Source: Phoronis australis
Taxonomy: Eukaryota > Animalia > Phoronida
Reading direction: 5' to 3'
Length of the DNA stretch: 63,647 nucleotides
NCBI GenBank assembly: GCA_002633005.1
Contig: NMRA01000282.1
Span: 458,101-521,747 of the forward strand
Part shown: positions 52,401-63,647 of the stretch, one piece after another
Layout: each line of letters starts with the position of its first letter
Numbering within the stretch: the stretch's first letter is position 1
Translations under genes and position numbers: made by a program
Notes under the pieces: model-generated
Seen by the model: the letters and a program-made list of their open reading frames with translations, nothing else
The model's database searches: none
What the model was told of the DNA's origin: nothing

Positions 52401-55275
52401 GACTATAACCAGCAAATCATGGTGACAAAACCTGCCCATCTCCAAGGTGACCACGAGGAAGCGGATACGCTGATTGCGTTCCACGTCGCAAACATTCCAA
52501 TCGGTCATGTTATGGTAAGGACTTCAGATACAGATGTTTTAGTAATCTTGCTTGGTACACTCGGACAACAGCGGCGAGAAATAAGATCCACGACTAACGT
52601 CGTCATGGACAGTGGGATGGAAAATAACAGAAGATTTATCAACATTTCCGACATAGCAAACGCTCTTGAAGAGCGCAAGTACGGACTTGGCAGAGCAATG
52701 CCTGGATATACCATGCCTTCACTGAATGTGATCTGCCTTTTATAGTATATTATCGAAATCTTGATTTTTGACAAGAATTGAATGAATTCGATTACAGTGA
52801 GGAGAATTGATTGAATTCGATTAGCTGTGATTGCGTCTGCCATGTAAATGAAGTCTAAGTAACGTATTATGGTTGCCTCCTTTAAATAAAAAAGGTTTCT
52901 ATTATGAATTAGTTTTACACGTCATTCCTTATTTTTCAGAAAAGGCAAAATTAAGCCCTTGGACATTGTTGAAAGTGATGGAAGGTTCATCAATATCTTC
53001 GCTAGTTTTGGAAATGTTCATGGCAGAATCGATGTCGGTTTAGTCGCTGAATTCGTATGTCACATGTACGCAAAAAAGTAAGCTCAAAGATGTTAACGAG
53101 GCCCGGTTCGTCAAACTTATGGACATGACTGGCAAAGTTGCTGAGGTATGTAGTGATAACCTGTAAACAATATAAATATTCGATCTGATGATGTATAACT
53201 ACAACCAAAGTCACCTGTGCTTATATTTTTTAATTTCCTTTCAGGAGAATCCACTTGCAAATGTAAAACGAATTGACTGTGCGTTGCTCCCACCTTGTCT
53301 CCGTAGCCTGCAGACTGAAGATTCGCCGAACTCAGTACGTCGCAGCGCTATGGACCCGTGCCACGACAGCATATCCCGGGGCTGGACTGACACCAACTGA
53401 TTATGGTTGACATGCAACTGCAACTCACACACTTCTGCCAGTTTGGTTTGAGGGGTCCTTTCTCCCTGACATATTGTTCAGTTCGAATGCAGAAGTCAAC
53501 AACAGTAACCTTGGGAATGAAGCAACCAGCAATAGAGATAGTTCTTCTGAAGAACTGTCAGATTCCGAAGATGATCCACGGAGTGAAGACTCCGACTCTG
53601 ATGAAGAGGATTAATTACGGCACTTTGGATTTGACTAAAACATGAGCAGTGAATAAGTTGGCTCATTGGAATGAGATGAATATTGGTTATAGTGATAAGT
53701 CTCCTTTTATATTTTTGTGTTTGTTACTCATGTATGGTGTTCTTCGAAAAGGATGAAAAAACCTTTATGGCACCTGAAGTTTGGTTCATATAGTCGTCTT
53801 AAAGCTGTAACGTAGATAAAACACTCTGTTCATGTTGCGAACTTGTTATTCACAATGCTCGGGAATAACGAGTCCTGATAGTTTTTCAGTTAAGTTAGTT
53901 TGATAAGCATTTTGTTTGCCCGACACAGATATTCGGGCGATAGAACTGTTCACTTGATGTCTTCGTGGTACAGTTAAAACTCGTTCAAATTGATTAATCA
54001 TGGACATGGTATACGTTGTTCAATCATCGTGGCGACGGCCCCAAGGATTCATCAGGGTGAGGGGTATGCAATCATTTTGTGTCATCTTTTTTGGAAATCG
54101 TGACTGGTTTGCAGTTAAACTAAATAAAGCTTCTTGTTTATGTTTCACTAATTTATTTTTATTATTACTAGAGTATGTGCATTTGAATAGGGAGAGTGGG
54201 GCATCTAATAAAGGTCAACCGAGCATGGACTAAATCTCCACTTGCTACTGCCCCACAGCGTTGTTGCATGTGGAGTGTTGCTGGGCATTATGCAAATTGT
54301 TTCAAACGGTTACTTGGTGGGTTGATCTACCTCAACTCCGGTATTTGGGCGTGTCTGGCGGGGCTAACGCACCACTAGATTTGTCTGGCAGTGCTTATTC
54401 GTGATACCCGGGGCTACGGTGAATATTTTGCAACTGGTTTCGCGCGGTTACCTCTTGGATTGATCTAGCTCTATTTTAGCCCTTTTTGATAATCGTCTGG
54501 CAAGGGCACCCCACCGCAGAAATTGTCTGGCATCTAATTTTGTGCCATGTTCAGTGATGCTGAACATCGTGCAATTGGTTTCAAACGGTTACCGGATGGA
54601 TTGATCTAGCTCAATTCTGGTATTTGGGCGTGTCTGGCGGGGGTAACCCACCACTATATTTGTCTGGCACTGTTCATTCGTGATAGCTGGGCTCACGGTT
54701 AATATTTTGCGACTAGTTTCAAGCGGTTACCTCTTGGATTGATCTAGCTCAATTTTTGTACCCTGTATATATTCGTCTGGCGGGTAGTCCCCACCATTGA
54801 AATTGTCTGGCAGTGGCCAATTTTGATACAGTGGATTACGTAGTAGGTATTCAAGGGAGTTTGAAGTGGTTACCAGAAGAGTTGATATAGCTCAATTTCC
54901 GAGTGTCATTCTCTTGGCTCCCCTGACCACACCCACCAGAGCGAACCTGCCAGACGGCCATTTCCAAGCATCAGGATACCCATAGAGCACTGTGGCACCA
55001 AAGAAAATTGGTTACCTTTTCATGCCCAAAAAAGATCTGGGATCCCGGTCTAAGATGAGCAAAAGTGTATTGCCAATCACCTTCGCTAACTATTAAATTT
55101 TATTGTTGTGAAACATGATCGGTGCAACAACCAATTTTTCGTCATCGATGGTTCATAGAGTACAACATTTAGATGCGGTTCACTCAACGCCAAGTCAACA
55201 CCCTGCTACTCAACTGCGCCCTCACTAGGCGGTTGTTTTGGAAATTATAGTACTGAATTCCTCAACTGTCGACTC

Positions 55276-55535
55276 CTAGTCTCTGAAAGTGATACACATA
55301 TTGATACTTTCTGAGAACACAACAACAGAGCAGCAAGGATTTTTTCTACAACGGTTCAAACAATGGACCATGCTTCGGACATATTCAGAGTCTATCTCCT
55401 GAACTTTCTTGGTGCTGTTTACAGACACGAATTTCTCAATAACACGAGCGTATATTGTGACTTGTCCAGGGTTCAAATAGTTCAGTTCTCTGCAGGAGTC
55501 TGCCGCAGAGGATGTCTGGCAAACTTCAGTACAGC
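55276..55535 (-). CDS. Terminal PAN/apple-like exon of the kringle gene, haplotype-A copy
   Basis: Near-identical to 59825-60084. Confidence 0.55.
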
Positions 55536-55996
55536 CTGTAAAACATCACAGATATTTTTACTTCTAAAATCTATTGACAAATTCACAGAAACACTAGCCC
55601 ATTTAGATTGTCACAACATTTCGGTTGGTCATGTATCCGGCTATTTTCAGCTATTGCAAGCTTACAGCGTTTTTCGAGGCACAGGCACGGGTGGTCATAG
55701 ATTAGAACTATTTTCATAGACCACGGTTGGGTTTGAAGCTGGGTGTGGATCTTTCGGTTCTTAGTATCGCACTCGGTGACACCTGAAGATGTCAGGAGAA
55801 AGGACTGACCGAAACTTCGTGACAATATCATGAAATGGCTTTTAGATATCATCTTACTACGCCACCGCCTCAAATAGGTTTGAGAAAGCTTTGTTTTTCA
55901 TTATTTTCATCATTTCAGTGAATGACAGTAACAAATACTTACACATCTACTCCACTGCTTCGTCACCGGGCTTTAAAACATCAGTGTAAAAATTTN

Positions 55997-58900
55997 GCCG
56001 TGCCCCAGATGTTGTCTCTACTTGAGAATGAGTCGTGATCACACAACCAAAATAATGAACTGTCGGAATTCTGGGCCCAGTCTCGAATCTTTGTACTCGA
56101 AATGGACCTCGAAATAATGTTTGGCATTTTTTAATCTACTTTTGTGCGAACTCAAGATAAGTGTCCATTACTCAATGCTCGAATACATAATGACTTACGT
56201 GGATGATTGCTTAGTTATATTTTGCAGTTGACAAAACCAACATTAAAGCTAAAAGTTTGAGTTTAAACTCGAAATTTCGAATTTTTACTCGAGTTTGTAG
56301 TACGCATATAAGCGTTTTTAAGTGCAAACTTGGACTAGAAACTCATATGCATGAACTATAATTATTCAAGCACAATCTGAGTTCGCACAAAAGGAGCAGA
56401 GAAATTGCCAAAAATAATTTCCAGTTCGTTTCGAGTACAAAGATTAGAGGCCGGGCCCAGGGTTTGGAATGGTGGAAATTCAAAGTAGTGATCTTTAGAA
56501 GATAACGAACCTTACTGGACCTTCGGAGTATTGAACCTTCGTCATAATGACATGGAACCCTGGAAATCTTTTCCATCTAGTTTGTGGCTACTGTGAAGTC
56601 TGCAGGGTTGTGCACCATTGACATTGATTGACTAGAGAAGATTTTCATTGACCAAAGTTGAGGTCTATGCCTACCTTTCCATCATAACGTGAAAATGTTC
56701 AGCGGTGTATTCTCAGTGCAAGAAAACACATTAGTTGAATGTCTGGCTTTTAGCAAGGCGGAGGACTGACTATAATGACCTTACTGTCAGCATGTTCTGA
56801 ATTTAAAAGAACAGAAACTTTCAAACGTGTACACGCATGCATGTCAATCCATCCAACAATCAAAGTGGACACTAGCTGGTTGAACAACATATTTGCAAAC
56901 TTTGGCGATCACTTTCAATTCAAAATTTGAAAATGCCTACATTTCTACCGTACTATGGTTGCAATTAAACCAAAAATAGCAGAATAACAAATCTCAATTT
57001 TTCTGCTGTTGTGTTTCTTGGCCGAGTTTAAGGCATTCAAACCGCACTACTTTTTGGGAGTTCTCTCGTTGTTATTTACATTGACATGAAGCTTACTTAG
57101 GTCTTAGGGCTAGACTTTTATGCTTAGGTATAGACATTCACTTCTGGACTCACTTGTTACCCTTTGTTGTAGCCACCACGCGCGTTGTTTATGAATAACA
57201 TAAAGCCTTCTCTTATCGTATGCACGATCCTGTCATCTACACAAACAGCAGCACTCGGGCGAAGTTTGCCGAGTTCGCTCCGACGCCACGTGACGCGGTT
57301 TGAATCAAAAGCGGATTCAAAATTATTGCTAACTTAGTTATCATTGTAGTTAGCACCAGTAGCTGCAACAATTTTGTTGTTATTGTCCAATTAAACCCTA
57401 TCTTTAACGAATATGCTGAGGGGTGGACCTTTTCAGCGGGGTAGGGGTTCGATCGAACCTCCCGAACCCTCCCCCGGCTACGGCCTATGGGCCTGTACTA
57501 TTAATAATAAAAGTAAAAAGGTGAAGCATAAGCTAGATTCTTTATTTAATTAAACTGCAATTCAGTCACTATTTCCAAAAATATTATACATAGTGGTTGG
57601 ATACCCCTTTCCCCAATGTGGATGCCCGGGTCCGTCGCCACGGTGGCTGAGCACCATACACAACATCTATGGAACGTGTTTTTTTATTCACTTTGAAGAC
57701 AAATAGCGAACAGTTCCATTGCCCGCATATCTGTATCGTGCCAATGAAATGATTGTCAATCTAACTAAACTAAAAAATAATAGGACTCATTATACCCACG
57801 AATCAGTTGTGAATAACATGTTCGCAACATGAACAGAATTTTTTATCTACGTTACAGCTTTGATAGTTTCCACGAAATCTAACACGACTTTACGTACCCA
57901 ATATCAGGTGGCGCAGAGGCGTTTTCAGCCTTTTTGGAGAACACCATATCAAACATAAAAAATACAGACTGTTTCAAAGACAGGTCAACAGCCGATCTAT
58001 TGAAATTCTTTCTCGTACGTAGCACTGAGAACGCACCGTTTTCCAGCGCTTCACGTAATACTGGGTTTGCCAATTTCAACTTTTGATAAAACAATGTTCC
58101 CCATCTGACGTAGTTTGGGCGGTTCAGGGCAAAGAATGCATCTAGCGTAGTCAGAAAAATGTTGATATAGCCACTGACGTCATTGTTCTTGACGCATCTC
58201 TGGAGTTCTTTGTGGGCTCGGTTTATGAGAAAGACGAAGATTGCCCAAAACTGGCCAGCTTTGCCAAACTTGCCATTAGTCACTGTGCGAAATGAAGGTA
58301 GATGGAGCGCAAACATAACGCAGGCGACAGCAAAAGAGGCTTTTTTATTATTATTCCTTTTAGCAGTTGCATCAAATGGCTCGTCCGAAAAACAAAGGGA
58401 CGCAGTTTAGACTGGTAAGATAGGACAACGAAAAATGGAAATTAGTGAAAACACAATGTGCTATCCGTCTTGGACGGGTTTTTAGGTTTTGTTTTTAATA
58501 GTGAATTATGTGGAGTATTCCGTTGTTTTCACATGGACTTGTGTGGTCGCTCCAGCCTCAGGCGCGATTTTTCTGGTTTTCATGCCCTGACATAAACCTG
58601 CATACATAAATCTCACCTTGTGCGGTGACCTATGTCGTACAGACTTAGTGGCTCTATTGAAAAACGAAGTGCCTGGTTCCTGATTGTGATGCTTATTCAG
58701 CGTGAAGTGGGCTTATAATCAATTTTGTTTCGACTCTTTAGTTGTCTGATGGAGGCATCTTACTGTTTTGCCACGTGCAATGATGCTGAACATCGGGCGA
58801 TTGGTTTCAAGCGGTTTCCTGGTGGGTTGATCTAGCTCAACTCAGGTATTTGGGCGTGTCTGGCGGGGATAACCCACCACTAGATTTGTCTGGCAGTATT

Positions 58901-59602
58901 TATTCTTGATACCTGGGCTTACGGCAAATATTTTGCAACTGGTTTCATGCGGTTACCTCTTGGGTTGATCTAGCTCAATTCATGTATTTGGACGTGTCTG
59001 GCGGGGCTAACCCACCACTAGATTTGTCTGTCAGTGTTTATTGGTGATACCTTGACTTACGGTGAATATTTTGGAACTGGTTTTAGACGGTTACCTCTTG
59101 GGTTGATCTAGCTCAATTTTTAACCCTTTTTGATAATCGTCTGACAGGGGCACCCCACCACTGAAATTGTCTGGCATCTAACTGTTGTGTCATGTTCAGT
59201 GATGCTGAACATCGTGCAGTTGGTTTCAAACGGTTACCTGATGGGTTGATCTAGCTCAGTTTAGGTATTTGGGCGTGTCTGGCGGGGGTAACCCACCACT
59301 AGATTTGTCTGGCAGTGTTCATTCGTGATACCTGGGCTTAGGGTGAATATTTTGCGACTGGTTTTAAGCGGTTACCTCTTGGATTGATCTAGCTCAATTT
59401 TTGTAACCTGTATATGTTCGTCTCAGTGGCGGGTACTCCCCACCACAGAAATTGTCTGGCAGTGACCAATTTTGATGACGTAGCAGGTATCGAAGGCAGT
59501 TTTAAGTTGTTACCAGAAAAGTTGATCTAGCTCAATTTTTGAGTGTAATTCTCTTGGCTCCCCTGACCACACCCACCAGAGCGAACCTGGGATCCCGGTC
59601 TA
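55997..59602 (-). mobile_element. Element 1 (Academ non-autonomous), haplotype-B copy, partial
   Basis: Same TIR subrepeats at about 58737-59602 and the same terminal deletion. Confidence 0.8.
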
Positions 59603-59824
59603 AGATGAGCAAAAGTGTTTTGCCAATCACCTTCGCTAACTATTAACTTTTATTGTTGTGAAACATGATCGGTGCAACAACCAATTTTTCGTCATCGATG
59701 GTTCATAGAGTACAACATTTAGATGCGGTTCACTCGACGCCAAGTCAACACCCTGCTACTCAACTGCGCCCTCACTAGGCGGTTTTTTTTTAATTATAGT
59801 ACTGAATTCCTCAACTGTCGACTC

Positions 59825-60084
59825 CTAGTCTCTGAAAGTGATGCACATATTGATACTTTCTGAGAACACAACAACAGAGCAGCAAGGATTTTTTCTACAA
59901 CGGTTCAAACAGTGGACCATGCTTCGGACATATTCAGAGTCTATCTTCTGAACTTTCTTGGTGCTGTTTACAGACACAAATTTCTCAATAACACGAGCGT
60001 ATATTGTGACTTGTCCAGGGTTCAAATAGTTCAGTTCTCTGCAGGAGTCTGCCGCAGAGGATGTCTGACAAACTTCAGTACAGC
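59825..60084 (-). CDS. Terminal exon with PAN/apple-like Cys pattern
   Basis: TTTTACAG acceptor; open to TAG at 59825. Confidence 0.65.
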
Positions 60085-63000
60085 CTGTAAAACATCACAG
60101 ATATTTTTAATTCTAAAATCTATTGACAAATTCACAGAAACACTAGCCCATTTAGATTGTCACAACATTTCGGTTGGTCATGTATCCGGCTATTTTCAGC
60201 TATTGCAAGCTTACAGCGTTTTTAGAGGCACAGGCACGGGTGGTCATAGATTAGAACTATTTTCATAGACCACGGTTGGATTTGAAGCTGGGTGTGGATC
60301 TTTCGGCTCTCAGTATCGCACTCGGTAACACCTGAAGATGTCAGGAGAAAGGACTGACCGAAACTTCGTGACAATATCATGAAATGGCTTTTAGATATCA
60401 TCTTACTACGCCACCGCCTCAAATAGGTTTGAGAAAGCTTTGTTTTTCATTATTTTCATCATTTCAATGAATGACAGTAACAAATACTTACACATCTACT
60501 CCACTGCTTCGTCACCGGGCTTTAAAACATCAGTGTAAAAATTTAGCGTTGAGTTAGGCCAGGTCCTAAGTCCGGATGTAGTGAGAACAATTGCAATCGA
60601 CAACTGATGCTGCTTTTTGTTAAAAGTGCGAAACGTTATGTCTGATGTTACAAATTTTTCTAGTTCAGATTTCTAAGTTGAAACTACCGCTGCCTTCAAG
60701 AGCCACGTTGATGGGCAATGAGTAAATTAAAATCCAAGTATCAACCGCATTAGCTACAAAACTGGACTTACTACTTAATGTAACGATATCCTGAAGATGA
60801 GCTGACAGGGCATCATATCTGGTTAGAGAATATGGTACCGTGTTCTGGACAAACAAAGATTCATTATCGATTACGCATTATCCACTCACCAGAACAAAAT
60901 GGTACTGGACAATAGTCCCATATCACTGAAGGGTGAGTTGTAAAGCACCAGGGTGACTGTTTCCCGTCTGGGTTCCTGCAGTAGTTTTCAATTGTGTCCG
61001 CATTAAGCCTTATAGTATGAGTATGAGGAGTCTGTGCATCCCATCTCTGACAGGTCCTTCCTGACCTTGTGACTGACATGGTACCATTGTAATCCTTGCC
61101 GGACACAAAGAACTTACATTCACGGCCGTCTGTTGTAACTGTTGTCGAAAGAGGTCGATTATGGCATTGTTTATTCGTTTGACAAATGGCCGCCAATAGA
61201 ACAAATATGTAAACAGTAAAATTTGCAACATCGTTTCCTCGAAACATTCAGACACTGGTGTTCATGCACTCTGCTCCAAAAATTTCTTAGATTTTTTTAA
61301 TATTTCATTTCTCATCAAACACTGGTTGAAAACTGACTTTTTGACTAGGTATATTTAAAGATGTATCACAGAAAACCGAGAAAGTAACTTAGTAAACTGT
61401 GACAGCTTTTTCGGCAGTTCGACTTGAACAATTTTATCAAAAACTTGGTCGTGTCATTGATAAAGGTGTTTTGATATAAATTTACCTTTGTTTTTCACTA
61501 CCTTTAAGTAAAAATTCATCACGACGAGATGTTGTCAGCAATAGGTCGGTATCATTTCCAAAATCAAATTCTAGTCATTTTCTACTTTCAGAAAATATAT
61601 ACTTTAATGAATTTAATTCACTAGTATTTGGCTGCATGTCGATCAGCTAAATCATGATCTTACGTAATATGCGATTGAATTTCTTTTACAAAAGTTTCAT
61701 CAGTCGAGAAATAACATTAAAGTGAACTTTTGTAGATAGCAATCGACCTTGCATTTACGCTTTTTGCTATCCAAACTTCTTAGTTTAAAAAAAGAGAAGA
61801 TCAATGTCCTTTAACTATGGTGGCCATTTTGAAGTCGTCCCTGACATCACCGTCCCCACGTTCCCGCGTTCCACTGATCCCAAACTGATGCTGAATTGTC
61901 CTGTTGTTCCCCGGCGTTATTTTCCCCAGTATTGTTCGTTCCCAGTTCGACCCCATGTTCTCCCAATTCGATCGTACCGGGTCCCGATGTTCATTCTACT
62001 TCTTAGAACAAGTCCAAAATTAAACTTAAGTTGAAATTCAGAATTAACATTAATTTTCTGAGCTTGATGGAGGGTAGAATGGTGCGCGCCTTATTTGTCT
62101 GAGCCCTCGTGCTCAGGAATGGTGATGAAAATGCACGCCTATTTCTAAAGAAAAACATACCTCGCGTGATTTCGCTCACACGTAATCAGTGGCACACGTT
62201 TAAATGTTTGGACGTTGCTTAGAGGTAATCAAGTAACATCCCTTGTAATTTGCATTGCCTATGCTCTACAATTATAGACCAAGTTTCACATATAGGCGGA
62301 TACGTGAATGGGGGCCAGTTAGATTTCTATATATGTTTAAGGAATTTTCCGTAGACATTTCACCTCTATGGAAAACCGTGTGCTTACCCGAACATAATGG
62401 AACCGGACAGTATTGCCATCTGACGGTAAGATTTGTTGTGTAGCACCATGGAGATTGGGCATGGGCTAACCCTGCATGTCGGCAGAAGTTTTCATGTACT
62501 CCTTCGAGATCGCCGTGAGTGTGTGGGTGTTGCGTATCCCATCGTTGACATGGTATGCCTAACATGGTAATGTTAATTGTTCCGTTGTACGAATATCCCC
62601 GACTTTCGTTCTTACAATCTTGATGGCCTGTGAAAACAGCACACACGTTTTTACTTTTAAAGTCTATTGATCTACTTACACAAACTCTAGCCTCTCTAAA
62701 TTGGCACCTCGTTTCGGTCTCTCATTTATCCGACCATCTTCAGGTGTTGCATTCTTACAGCGTTTTAAGAGGGTCATGCACAGGATCTAGTATGTTCTTG
62801 GTGGTCATAGATTAGCACATTTTTCTTGGGGCACGGCTGTATTTGAACATCGGATCTTTCGATTCTCAGTCTGCATTCTATAACACCTGAAGATGGCAGA
62901 ATAAATGACCAGCCGAAACGAAGTGTCAGTGTTAACGGGTTAAAGGTGGGAATAGATTTTAGAAATTATCTTACGATGTCACCACCTCACATAGGTATTA

Positions 63001-63647
63001 GGAATCGTTGGGTTTTCATAATTTCTAACATTGCAATTAATGACAGTAACGAATTCTTACACATCTACCCCATTCTAAAAATCTAAAAACATGATCGCCA
63101 CCTGAGTGCAAAAAGCTAAGGCTAAGTTTTACCCAGGTCGTAAGTCCGGTCGTAGCCTAACTATGACGATTGTAGGCACGGCTGTAATGCCTACTTGATG
63201 CTGCGCTTTTCATGAGTGCGTAAGTTTGTACCTGAAGTTACTCGTTTTTCATATTCCTATTTCTAAGTCAAAATGGCCACTATGTGCAGGAGCCACGTTG
63301 ATGTACAGTGGGTAAATTAAAGTAGAGGTTTCGACCGTGTTAGCTATAAAATTGGACTGACAACCTTTGATAAAACAATCTCCTGAAGATGAGCTGAAAT
63401 AGATGCATTATATCTGGTTAGAGAATTCATTATCGATTGCACATCATTCACTCACCAGAACAAAATGGTACTGGACAGTGCTGCCATCTCACTTTAGGGT
63501 CAGTTGTGTAGCACCAGGGCGAGCTTTCCGAGTCTGGGTTCCTGCAGTAGTTTTTAATTGTGTACGATCTCAGCTTTTTATGAGTATGAGGAGTCTGTAC
63601 ATCCCATCTCTGACACGTCCTTCCCGACCATGTGACTGACATGGTAC
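59825..63647 (-). CDS. 3' part of a multi-kringle + C-terminal PAN/apple-like protein (plasminogen/HGF-like, no protease domain seen); 5' end beyond the window
   Basis: Exons 63647-63456, 62627-62388, 61129-60890, 60084-59825 join in phase 1; kringle motifs YNGT..T.SG.TCQRWD, NYCRNPD..PWC.TT..W.YC.VP.C; last exon HCLNRCRKNPCCSVVVF..C. Confidence 0.85.
60890..61129 (-). CDS. Kringle exon (240 nt)
   Basis: ECK..GKDYNGT..TCQRWD..NYCRNPDGKQSPWCFTT..WDYCPVPFC; canonical sites (alternative acceptor 9 nt upstream). Confidence 0.9.
62388..62627 (-). CDS. Kringle exon (240 nt)
   Basis: C..GYSYNGT..PCQRWD..NFCRHAG..PWCYTT..W.YC.VP.C; canonical sites. Confidence 0.9.
62881..62934 (+). ncRNA. Type-I hammerhead ribozyme-like motif (Penelope/retrozyme-type), probably degenerate
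   Basis: TAACAC-CTGAAGA-T-GGC..GCC-GAAAC..GTC-A-GTGTTA; related cores at 62705-62750 (-), 60331-60364 (+), 55782-55815 (+). Confidence 0.4.
63456..63647 (-). CDS. Kringle exon (partial)
   Basis: TCQRWD..NYCRNPDSESSPWCYTTDPKVRWQHCPVPFC; G|GTGAGT donor. Confidence 0.9.

Larger units (their letters stand above)
47259..53614 (+). pseudogene. Academ transposase/XPG-like nuclease pseudogene with introns (about 47349-48049, 52745-52939, 53146-53245), stops, frameshifts and a LINE insertion
   Basis: Motifs CFIC..YHPSCHRKYT, CIFC..DLIAKEAEYHKSC, VWDNND, TYDLAV..IMLGNFH, FFALNRPNYTRWG, AVDLYLEQSVNRDA, DHEEADTLIAFHV, VRTSDTDVLVIL, LLPPC; acidic C-terminus SEDSDSDEED*. Confidence 0.85.
45266..55052 (+). 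mobile_element. Full-length but inactivated AcademX DNA transposon (element 2, 9.8 kb); TIRs about 45266-46031 and 54291-55052
   Basis: TAG...CTA termini with ~765-bp TIRs of five subrepeats; encodes an Academ-type transposase with an XPG/PIN-like region; absent from the second copy of the locus. Confidence 0.88.
55997..60544. repeat. Alternative haplotype of 41631-55995 lacking element 2 (duplicate across N at 55996)
   Basis: High identity with scattered SNPs and indels; at 59602/59603 the element-1 end joins the AGATGAGC flank directly. Confidence 0.85.

Noticed and set aside
55276-55535. Second paralogous terminal exon of the kringle gene
   Set aside because: Lies in the haplotype-duplicated block and is most likely allelic to 59825-60084
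60130-60422. Cys-containing minus-strand ORFs in kringle introns (also 55583-55873) as extra exons
   Set aside because: Stop codon in one haplotype, frame broken in the paralogous intron; better explained as repeat relic

Overview
AT-rich, intron-containing genomic DNA from an invertebrate animal (inferred from spliceosomal introns, single-exon kringles and the transposon repertoire). Host genes: (1) PPCS (phosphopantothenate--cysteine ligase), + strand, 7 coding exons at 4476-14278, 309 aa, with a GC-AG intron followed by a U12-type intron; (2) a convergent ACBD5/ACBD4 orthologue, - strand, 12 coding exons at 36904-18219, about 509 aa, with ACBP domain, FFAT-like motif, coiled coil and C-terminal anchor; (3) the 3' part of a multi-kringle + PAN/apple-like gene, - strand, running off the right edge. 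ACBD5 intron 1 holds a decayed Gypsy (Mag-like) retrotransposon whose RT contains a 7x54-bp minisatellite. The most striking structure is at 39938-55052. Two Academ (AcademX, XPG/PIN-type) DNA transposons with 0.77-0.94 kb modular TIRs are fused head-to-head at a perfect 30-bp palindrome sharing one TA. A second assembled copy of the locus (55997-60544, probably the other haplotype) lacks the 9.8-kb element precisely. This suggests end-targeted insertion and/or a TA duplication rather than the usual Academ TSD. The larger element's transposase is interrupted by a 5'-truncated RNase-H-bearing LINE with a 12-bp TSD. Three duplications flanking single N gaps are assembly or haplotype overlaps. 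All calls were made by eye; no database searches were run.
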